DNA from: Phoronis australis | Taxonomy: Eukaryota > Animalia > Phoronida | Direction: 5' to 3' | NCBI GenBank assembly: GCA_002633005.1 | Contig: NMRA01000203.1 | Coordinates: 501,242-565,241, forward strand | DNA: 64,000 bases | In this document: positions 24,301 through 36,300 of the stretch, one piece after another | How the letters are laid out: the number at the start of each line of letters is the position of its first letter | Numbering within the stretch: position 1 is the stretch's first letter | Translations under genes and position numbers: made by a program | Notes under the pieces: model-generated | Seen by the model: the letters and a program-made list of their open reading frames with translations, nothing else | Told to the model about the DNA's origin: nothing | The model's database searches: none

Positions 24301-27300
24301 CATCAAATTAATCTTTGACCTCAGTAACACAAACTTAAGGAGCTATTATATTGCAACAAAAGTAGAACTTCATGCCTAAACATCTCTGGCATTACTGCGT
24401 CAAGTTTGGCAGAGTTTAAATCAATTTAAGCAAGTCCCACTATAAGCTCAACCAGTCTCCACAAGTATACACTGCATATAAGTTCACCTCTATGTGATCT
24501 GACAGCTGTGTTCTCTGTCTCTCACTCTTGTCTAGTTCCCTTCTCAAGTCACCTAGCTCACCGGCACCGCTGGCTCGGCTCAATTCTGCTCTTAACTGCT
24601 GAACTTCCTTCTCCAGTTTAAGCCGGTCTTCGCTTTCATCCACTACAGGCAGACAAAAGAGGATACAACTAACAAGTAAGAGACAATGCTCTGATTGAGT
24701 ATGGCAATGGAACATATTAGGTAAACTTCTGCTTTTCAAAACCAGAATGTAAGCCTCTATCTGGATCACATTCAAAATGTGTTTTAAGAGGTTTGGCAAT
24801 GAACACATTTCTACAGAATTAGCAACTTTGCTGTAGTGTCCAGTTGTCAACTGGACTAAACCGGCATTTTATACTATCTACACCTCCAGTACACCTTCAG
24901 TCTGAAGTAAGTCACTTATTGATTCTTCTGTTGTGCCGTGCTTAAACTACAAAACCAGTATTAAATTTTTTCAAGACTATCTACAGATTTTGGGTTTGGC
25001 ATCTCTGTTTACTATGTATTTGTACAGAGTACAGCTGACCTTACTTCATTGCAATGTAGTATATTTTTTGAACTGTGAGAAAGATGAAAACAATAAATAC
25101 ACCACCAGGCGGCAGCACATGACCACACCCACCAGCACGTCGTTTCCTCCGGCTGCTAGATTCCTCTTCCTTTTTCATCGTCTCCATCTGTTGCCTGAAC
25201 ACCTGCTTCTCTTCCTCCACCCGACTAAGCTGGCCCCGTAACTGGGCTATCTGGGACTCTAACGCTGACTTACTGCCCTCTGATTGGTCCAGCTTACGAC
25301 GGGTTGACTTCAGCTCATGCTCTGCCTGAAATGAGGATGGTCAATGTTTACAAAATGTAACACTTTTTAATCACAATCATGACAATAATGCGAAAAGTTA
25401 AAAAAGAAATTTGTGGTAAAAATATGGTATTGCAGGGAAGTTCACTAAACAAAGTACCTGAATCCGATCCCTCTCCAGTCTATCCAGTCTGCTGGTGTCA
25501 GGGGGAGGGGGAGGAACAGCCGGCTGTTGCAAGTGGTGGAGTGCCTGTAACACAAACTGCTGTACAACATTTGTAAGCACCAACCTTTATACAGATATGA
25601 ATGAATCCTGAAGGTAATATCAGGTTACATGAACCAATGGATAGCAATATTGACCAAGGCTAAAGGACGAAGGCAATATTGCTCTCGTGAGGTACATGTG
25701 ATCGCTCCATATATTTGTTTTATTGCACAAGCATTGATTTTTCTTTCCTGATTTAACATAGTGGCATCACACGCTTGCTTTGTGGTCAAGACTCATGGTC
25801 TCTACAGCGTCTGATTGGTCAGAACACGAATAGTGGAATCTGATATTCGAGCAACATGAATGAAACCTGATATTCTACACCAATATGGTCAATATTACGC
25901 TATATCGGAAGTTGTCATGCAGCGTTTCAGCCAATCAGAGGACAAAAGAATTATTGGTCAATGTAATGATATGAAATAGTTTGTCAGACAATACTCTTTA
26001 GGACAAGTGATAACCTATGACAGTGACTCTGAAGCATGACAATCAGTTAACAGTTTAATGAACCCAACAAAATATTTCGTATTCTACAAAAGGTTGCAGC
26101 ATTGATCGATGATTTGAAGTGCTTGTGATTGGTATCAGTTTTCAACCAAAAACAAATCATTCTTGATATAACTTCATTTCCAAGCCGCCATTTTACCCGA
26201 CAAACAACACGTTGCTGGGTAAAACTTATTGCTAGTTTATCGACATACTCAAGGAAGAACCCTTATGAATCTGGCCCAGGTACAACCAGAGCCCTTATCC
26301 GCCGTACAACCAGAGCCCTTATCCACTGTACAACCAGAGCCCTTGTCCACNTATCGGAAGTTGTCATGCAGCGTTTCAGCCAATCAGAGGACAAAAGAAT
26401 TATTGGTCAATGTAATGATATGAAATAGTTTGTCAGACAATACTCTTTAGGACAAGTGATAAGCTATGACAGTGACTCTGAGGCATGACAATCAGCTAAC
26501 AGTTTAATGAACCCAACAAAAACATTTCGTATTCTACAAAAGGTTGCAGCATTGATAGATGATTTGAAGTGCTTGTGATTGGTATCAGTTTTCAACCAAA
26601 AACAAACCATTCTTGATATAACTTCATTTCCAAGCCGCCATTTTACCCGACAAACAACACGTTGCTGGGTAAAACTTATTGTTAGTTTATCGACATTACC
26701 CAAGGAAGAACCCTTATGAATCTGGCCCAGGTACAACCAGAGCCCTTATCTACCGTACAACCAGAGCCCTTGTCTACCATACAACCAGAGCCCTTGTCTA
26801 CCATGCTGAGGTTATAACGTAATGCTTATGAAAAGTGCTCAGGTCCAAACAGAACCTTTATGTATAACGCTACAGTTGCCAGCCAACAGAACTTTTAGGC
26901 ATCAGGCTCAGATCCCAACAGAACCATTATGTATCATGCTCAGGACCGTGAAAATTAGTTAATCTAACTTGTTATTGCTTCACGGAAACTGAATTCATGG
27001 TTGGTAGTATTATATGCAATGCTGTTAAGGACAATTCTACAAGGTGACAACTTGGTTACATGTTAAAACATAGCGAAAAGTGTTCACACTCTCTACCTGC
27101 TTTAGTTCTGTTGATAGATGACTAATCTCGTCCTTCTGTTCTCGTAACTTTCTTTTCGTCTGAAACTCATCTTCTAACTTCTTCAGCCGGTCATCAACCC
27201 TTGACGAGACCTACAAACGACATTCATAGACATTGTGTTCAAAACGTTACACTAAAACAGAAAACAAAAGCATAAACAATACAAAACTTGCACTGACAAA

Positions 27301-30300
27301 GCATTGTTTTTGGCCATTACTTTCTTACCATTTGAACCAAGCTCAAATTTGTTGACTCAAAGCTAAGTCTACTTACACCAGGTGTCCCTGAAGAGACATA
27401 TCAGTGTTGGCTTCATAGCCATACTGCTGATTCGACAACAGGTTAGAGTTCAGTAGCTATCTAGCAACTAGAAAAATCTAGCCAAAATCACACCTAACGT
27501 AATCTCGCTAAGTCTTGGTTTTTAGCGAGGTCCTAGCCTTACTGAATTCTACTCAGTATTACCTCATTGACACCAGATACAAAAAATCGAGGCAGTGACT
27601 GCATTATTTAAACAGTTTTGAAGTAATGTTTTTTTGAAAGAACTGTTTTGTATCCCATTAGAAAGAATTGTAAAAATGAAGCACAGAAAAAACAAATTAG
27701 CAACATCTTCAAGTTTGAAACTGACAGAGGCAACATTATGATATTTCACCACTTATACACACTGCAAACTTTGGTAGAGTAACAGTGGTGGAAACAGGAG
27801 TGTGCCTCGCTGTGTCTACTTGAAAGTTACAATACAGACACTTATGGCTCATTACAATTGAGTGCCTCCTCAGGATAAACAATCTTTGATGAAGGACCGG
27901 ATCTAGCAAATAATAATTATGTAAACAAAAGAGAAAATTTTCTGCAAAAACATTAAAGCCTCATGCAGCACTACCTTTGAAAACCATTGTTTTAGTTCAT
28001 GTTTTGGGCTATAACCTCATTTTTTGGTTCTTTAATAGTGATTTAGCATACTTAATTACACATGATGACATCATGCATCATGTGACATCATGGGCCGCAT
28101 GCAGTTCACTGATTACTTTAACACGAAAATTCAATGCCACTAGCTCGGTTTATTTGAATTTGAAATTTTGTAATTTTGGCTTGACCCAATTAGCGTTGTG
28201 TGTACGCGTTTAAACAAGTGTTCACATAATATGTAATTCATCAACCAGCGTGGAACGTATGTTGCAAATACTTTAAAGTTTGGTCAGAACGCCACCTGTT
28301 GGCCACATTAAGTGACCTAATGAATGTAAGCTTGAAAATATTTCAGTCAGAAATCTTCCCAGACTCACATGTATATTTATTAAGTCACTTGATGTGGCCA
28401 ACAGGTGGCATGCTGACCAGACTTTAAAATGTTTGCAATAAGGGTTCACATGACAAACATTTAGGAATGATAAACAACGACAAATGTGACCAAACCATTA
28501 AAGTTGCAGGAATCTGATTCTGTTTCAGACTTGTTGACATATCACGGAGGGCTCTTCTGTTTTCTCTCTCACTTCTGAAATACAGTTCACTTTAATCAAA
28601 ATAATATTATTTTCTTTGGAAAATAATCACCAATACTTGGAGTAAATTAGATAATTGTTTTATTCAAAAATAAATAATTCTTGCTAATACTACCCTGACT
28701 TCACAACAGATAGCATTCCAAGAGTTTTTTCAGCATGAATAAAGCAAAAGATCAAATTATCTTGAAGTTCTAAAAACACAGAACACAATTCAAGATGATG
28801 TCAAATTCTGTCAGTAAATAAGGAATTTTAATAATCCAATATATCTGGTATGCCAAACTTCAGATTTGGTGAAAATGTAACGGTTCACAAATAATGTGCA
28901 ACATAAAAATTGGGAGCAATTTTTGAAATCGAAGTTAATTTTGAAAAGTACTTTAAATTTGGCCATGTTGTTGAACAAACGAATTTCAAGTACTGAACAT
29001 AGCAATATACTTGGTTAACCACATATACAGGCTCTCTGTGAATAAGAATAACCACACACAAAGGCTCTCTGTGAATAACAATAACCAATTCTTCTGCAGT
29101 TAAAAACGATTACTAAACTGTTTTACTTTTCAACTGTCTATTATAAGCTGCATATGTGTAATTACTTGTGATGCAATATTGGAATTTCTCGCATGACCTA
29201 ATATACGTAAATAGAACAACAAAAATCGATCACTGAAATTTTCAGATATAGTAACATCCTTTGTCAACAGAGACAGAAATAAAGTAAAATCTGACATCTG
29301 ATATATGACATAATGAGCATGATACATGATTCCTGCAACTTTAATATTTTGGTCACAATGATAACAGATTGGTCAGAATGATAACAGATTGGTCACAATG
29401 ATAACAGATTGGTCAGAATGATAACAGATTGGTCAGAATGATAACAGATTGGTCAGAATGATAACAGATTGGTCAGAATGATAACAGATTGGTCANNNNN
29501 NNNNNNNNNNNNNNNNNNNNNNNNNNNNNNNNNCACAATGATAACAGATTGGTCACAATGATAACAGATTGGTCACAATGATAACAGATTGGTCACAATG
29601 ATAACAGATTGGTCACAATGATAACAGATTGGTCACAATGATAACAGATTGGTCATTTATCATTGTTTATAAGCTCATTACACCATATATCAGATTCAGA
29701 TTTTACTTTTTCATATGTCAATTGTCAAATAGTGTTTGATTTTAGCCTATTTTATTTCTGTTTCTGTTGACGAAGGATGTTATTATATCCAAAAATTTCA
29801 GTGATCCATTTTTGTTGTTTTATTTACATATATTTATTCTACTTTTCTACAAACAAGTGTATCTTTTAGAGGATCTGGATCGCCTCTTTTAGTTTCGGAT
29901 TTATTTTCTACGTTATTTGCATGACCTGAAATGTGTTACGATACGGCTGGTTCATAACACCGAGTACGTAATTTTTTTGATATTACATGCCTGGGTGAAT
30001 CACAAAGTAGAGCAAAGTAGAAAAAATCCATACGCCTTACATTTTATTGTCTGCAAAACACTAAAACAACCAAACGCACGCCAATCAAACAATGTCGGAA
30101 TTCTGAGAAGGTGACAAGGTTATGATTGACAAATCGGGTGTCCCAGCTGTACGTACTCCCAGTCGGAAGGACATGCAAACAACTTCTTATTAATAAATGG
30201 ACACATCTTCGGCGGCAAATTCCATATCCACATTCATTGAAACAGAGACGAGCCCCAACTCAAGAAACACGGCGAGTCGACTGTCTAGCTGTGCTGTCTC

Positions 30301-33300
30301 AAGGTCAATTCAGTGCTCACGCGCGGGGAAGCCCTGCTGACTATTATTTATAAACATTTATTAACTAAAGTTTTAATATTACAACTGCAAAGATTATTTA
30401 TTAGATTTTAATTTGAATATTTGTTACTAAAGCTGAATGCAATTTACAATTGTTAAGCTTAAAATAAAACTATTAACAAAAAGTAACTGAATCACTTTAC
30501 ATTGCGTGTTTTTACAAAAGTTGCGTCATGTGGTTGAAACTTTTAGACACGTTAAGTTATTCGGCAAAAAAGTTCATTTTTACGGTTCATTGAGAAAACA
30601 AATCCTACACTCGTTTCAGATTTATGACATGGGCAAAACCTCTTGGAAATTTCATCAAAATCTCTCGGCAAGCCTCGGAAATTTCCAAGAGGAAAAATGG
30701 ATATCATAAATAAACCATTGCAACGTATACTATTTAACTTGTAAGTAAAAGGTTATATTGAAAATAGAGATTCCTACACGAGTCTCAGGTTTATGACATG
30801 GGCAAAACCTCTTGGAAATTTCCGAGGCTTGCCGAGAGATTTTGACGAAATTTTCAAGAGGTTTTGCCCATGTCATAAACCTGAGACTCGTGTAGGAATC
30901 TCTATTTTCAATATAACCTTTTACTTACAAGTTAAATAGTATACGTTACAATGGTTTATTTATGATATCCATTTTGGGCTGAATCTGCATTGATTTCATG
31001 TTCTCTTCCAGAAGGTGGTAAAATTCATGCTGAATCGACATGCATTCAACTACAGCTTGAGACTATGTATATTCCTGGGTTTCGTTTCAATGATGATAAT
31101 GTTAAATAAAGATCCTTTTGGAACCAAAAAGCCATACATTGTGGTTTTCTGTTCACAGTCGTTTTGTCCATTTCTCAGTGAGTTGGTTCACCAACAGCTG
31201 CACCCTCTCTTGTTGTGGAATAAAATAACATGGGAAATTCCCTAATGTCAAAGGGAATGGCGTAGCAGGTCCGAGTACACCACAGGGAGATCAAGTCCAG
31301 GATCTCTGTTCAGACTTGTGGATTTGAATCTCAATAACCTCCCGTAACCTATGCTTCCACTCTGGATGTAAACTTGATACACTGAAATCCTCATCAGAGA
31401 ACTAGTGATGTAGATCCCTGCCATGTTCTTGAATAGCAACAGTGGGTATGAGACTGGGGTGGCGATGGTCCTTGACCCTGGTTGATAACTGGCGACCTGT
31501 CTCACTGATGTAAACGTCAGTACACTCACTATATTGCTGAGACGGGTTGCCAGTTATCGACCAGGGTCGAGGACCATCACCACCCCAACCTCAGACCCAT
31601 TACTGCTATTCAAGAACACGCCAAGGATCTACATCAACAGGTCTCTGATGAGGATTTCCCTGTATCAAGTTTACATCCAGGTGGAAGCTTACGATATGGT
31701 AGGCTATTGAGATTCACATCCATAGACCAAGTCTGAACAGAGATCCTGGACTTGATCTCCCTGCGGTGTACTCAGACCAGAAACATTTAATGTTTCTGGT
31801 CTGAGTACACCGCAGGGAATCCCCCATGTTCTTTTATATCTTTATTCCACAATGAGAGAGGGCACACCTGGTGGTGAACCAAGTCCGTGAGAAATGGAAA
31901 AAACAGCTGTACACCATCAACCTCAAGGTGCGGCTTTTCAATTCCAAAAGGGATCTTTATCAAAAAAATCAGAATACTGCTATACTGAATTTTGAATGAC
32001 CCTCTTCTGCCAAACCTACTTTCTTCTCTGTTCAGCTTCCTTGCCCAGCTCTTCCTGAAGCCTTATTTGATCACTGGTAAGGTCCCGTAATGATTGATGG
32101 AGGTCATGAATTGAAGTGTTGAGGTCTTCACGGAATCTAACACTGGATGTCCGTGACCGACCACCATATTTTCGCCGGGATCGTGGGTACCCTGTATACT
32201 CCTCATCACTGGTTCTCCTCTACAAATAAAATAAACACGGTGACTTTCGATTACCTGTGTGTATTGCTTTTGCTAAATAAAGAATGTATCTATCTTAGTT
32301 AATTATAATCCTCTTACACTCAAGTTAGGCACACCAAACAATGCAAAATAATGTTAAGCCTAGAGTAATAAAAAACTGCTGACAGTCAAAAAAGAATTTT
32401 TGAGAAAGCTAAAAAGACACATGAGGACAAGATATCACAATTGCTTCTTACGAATAATAACATTTGTCAGAAAAGTTCATAGTCGCAGTTACTCCATGCC
32501 TATCAACTACCCCTACAACAGTTAATCAACATAACGTTTGGTCACTTTTCTGGCATTAAAACTTCTGGTAGTGAGTAACCACTCTGATGTTGGTAACAGT
32601 CACGTACAAGTTAGGTCTCATATTTTGAGAACCAGTTTTCTCCACTGAATAAAAGGCATCAAACTAGTTCTCAAAATCCGGGACCCCTGTAAGAGACTAT
32701 TTTCCTAAAGCTTGGTTCTTTTTACACACCCTGTAGTCACGGATAGGTGAAGTGGGTTTTCTCTGCTTCCGTCTTGACCTTCTGGCTGGAAATGCAACAG
32801 AAACTTTGACATGCAATTGGCCAATTTTCTAGTAAAGTTTCAAGTTCAGAGATTAGACCTCGGGCTCTGGTCAACGTGATGCCCAACTGTGGTCTATCAA
32901 TGTAACTTTGAAACATTATATATATATTTTTAATGTCAAACACGGGGAAACATGTCTCGGAATTTTGATTTAACTAACAGATATCAGCAATCAAATTTGT
33001 TTTTAATAAAAAATCTGAGAAAAAGCCCTCTTGGACACATACCACAAAATAAGTGCGCAAAGTGTCGTGCAATTCAGCCCACATGCTATTAAACAGAAAT
33101 CTGTGTTAAAAACTGCTAAAAGCACCGGAAATCAAAAAGTCAACAGATTTGCAATGCAACTGAAATCTAGTAAAGTTGCCCCAAACAACTCACATATTTG
33201 GCATACAAATAATGTGTTAATTTAAAGAAAAGCTAAAATAATTTAATACAATGAGAGAATGTTTCATTTTTTAAGAAATCCACAAAGCTTGACAATTATT

Positions 33301-36300
33301 TGAAAATATAGTAGTAGAACTAGTAGGAGATATTAATGCACACACAAGTGTGGCAACACAAATTAAGTGTAATTATAAAAAACTCTATTTTCATCAACTG
33401 TTCTGCTCTACAAGTCATTTCGACCGCTTCAAACCCACTCTATCAAATAAACTTTCTGCCTACCTTCAGCCGTGTCTGAGTACCTATCCAAGTCGCTACT
33501 CCTAAGTGATCTTGTGTCTGATATTGACCGTCTGTTCTCTCGCTCTTCTTTTAGCTGCGTGGTTGTGCGTGAAAGGTCTTCGCGTAGCTAAGAAGACCAC
33601 AACAGTAACACTTAGATGGACGCAAGTAAAGTGCAATCCATCCAGTTGTGCTGATATTCAGTTAACAAAAAGACAATCAGAACACGCTAGTCTTGTTGCC
33701 AATTAGGTAGAATTGAGTTACAAGTCTTTAGATGGTATTGTTACAGTTACAGACACCAATACAAGATGTATTGCACAGTGAAAAATCACTAAATGAGCTA
33801 AGCAAACATGAAAATGAAGATACTGTGTATACTTGTGATCAAAGGCTAAGAGTGCACAACAGAAAAATTTTGAGTTCATTTTACTTGTTAGTGGATGGCA
33901 ATGCTCTAAACATTGACGTTTTATTGGAAACAATAAGCCACTTTTTGTAAAATCAAGGCGCAATGTATTTGCAGCCTAATTTAGCAAAGTCTCACTAATT
34001 AAAGACATAATATGAGAGAAAAGAAATTATAAAAATGTAAAGATAAATAAAAAGCCCAGTAAAGTAACACTTGGATATGCTTTCTTGAGTTTTCGGGCTT
34101 AACTCAATTATTGTGCACTACATTTTTAATAAACATTAACACAGACACCACCAGTTAGGAATTCATAACAATATTGGAAGGCCTTGAATATTGAAAAAAG
34201 ATCTGTATTAAATTGATGTTTTACACCATCAGAACAAAACACCCATTCTTACCTTATCAATAGCCGAGGAATGTTGATCTGATACATCTTTATACTGATC
34301 TAACATAGTGTCCACAGCTCGGATGTTACGGGTTGTTTCCTTGAACAAAGAAATACTACGACGATGAATGTAAACAAAGGTATTCCTTCAGTAATGTGCG
34401 AGAGAAGTTGAAACTTAAAAAGATATCAGTCACGATGTTGAACAGAAATCCTCTGACAAAAAGCAACATGTATATCTCACAAAATTGGAAAACTATTTCT
34501 TCTTGACTTTAATGTTGTAAAATTTGACTTATCCAAAAGCAAGAGTGATAATAAGTACCTAGTACTTGAACCAGCGTCCAACGTCTAATTCTAACTGTTG
34601 CTCTACAGTAATAATTCTAATTGTGTATATGCAGGCGTCCGACCCCCACGAAAATATCTCCACGTTGTTTAAATAACAGCAATGCTAAATACCAAACCCG
34701 GTTTTGGCGTATTAGCAGATACTAAAAACGGCTTTCCCATCCAGTTCTCTAGAATAAAGAAATGCTCCGTAATTTTAGACAAACCTCAAAAGTTTGAGGA
34801 AAATTTCAAAACTCCTTTCAAAGTTTGCTAAATGGGTAAACGTGACCAACGCTTCTAGCGAAATACACGCCAACTGTGGGAAAAGACCACCCACCAAGGG
34901 CCATAAAGTCGAACTTGTGAGATGGGGAGTGTGAGTTTTTAGCTGCTGCCTGCTTTTAGATTTCACGATTGACACCAATGATGCATTTATGTATGTGACA
35001 GAACGAGGATTGGTTGAAATCATCAAAACAGGGTTTAGTATCCTTTTTAAATACAAGTAAACACATAGATCAAATAGCAATAATTTCAATGACTTTTCCA
35101 AGTTTCAAGAAGCTTCAACATTTAACAACAGTGACTCTATAGCAAACAGTAACTAACATATTTTGCAATATGCAAACCTTAATCTCTTGAAAACATTTAA
35201 ACCAAAAAAAAGTTTTGATGATTCTATGAATGCAACATTCTGTTCATAAACATGTAAACAAATTATGACTATAGAGTTGTTCTCATCAACAGTAAGTAAT
35301 TTTTTCTCATAAACTTAGTTCTGTTAATGGCAAATTACAATTTTCTTGTAAACTGCGAATCTGTTTTTCCAACTTCGTTTATTACTCATGAATTACTATA
35401 ACATTTCTATTCACATCTGTCAGGCACAAATTGCACGAGCTTGATATATACTTCTAGTATGTAGGATATTGAACCTGTCTATACAACTGGGAAATGAATA
35501 TTGTATTTGTAACAATAGAGTACAGAATATGAGAAGTGCAGCTCGTGATAAAAAAGCGTACAAAGAAAGTCTTATATGATAATATCACAGTGACAGAAGA
35601 ACGAGCACCCTGAACTCAAAAAGTTATAAATTTCCCGTCATACACGACACAAGACATTGCACTCAACAAAGTTCACACCTCATTTCTTTCAATGAACAGG
35701 TAAAGCAGTAAATGTTGTTTGGTTGAAGCCAATATCAACCGTGTATTTGTGTTAAAACAAGTTTCTTCACAAGTGTATTTGTCTATTCCAAAGCAATGTC
35801 ATTGTATTCTTATCCTTCTCTTGAATTATATTGGTTCAGCAAAATGCGTGGAATTCCCAATAGCTATACTAGATTGGTTCAGCAAAATGCGTGGAATTCC
35901 CAATAGCTATACTAGATTGGTGGCTCAAAGCACAGTCTATAGTACAAGCACCGCCAACTCAGTATATTTTCAATGGACGAAATCCGTGATCTTACGCATA
36001 AGCTGTGACATTATTCACTAGCGACACCTTGCAAAATTAGCAAGTTTTACTTACGGCAAGTATGTCGTTTGCTAATCATTGTCAGCTGTTGTGTGGTCGG
36101 GTATCAAAAGTATTCACGATACCAACAGTTCTATTATTGGAAGACATTGAACAGCATTTTAATGCCAAAATTTTTTTCATTGTACTGGACACTAAAATAG
36201 ATGCGAGAATTTCCCGGCACGATACACTAACCAGAAACAGAAATTGACAATTTAGGAGAGCGGTGCCTCCTCTAGGATAGTATGCAAGAAAATGTCGGAG

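Noticed and set aside
25903-26801. ~450-bp tandem duplication as a biological event
   Set aside because: The copies abut a single N and differ by scattered SNPs and indels, which is typical of overlapping haplotype contig ends joined in scaffolding.
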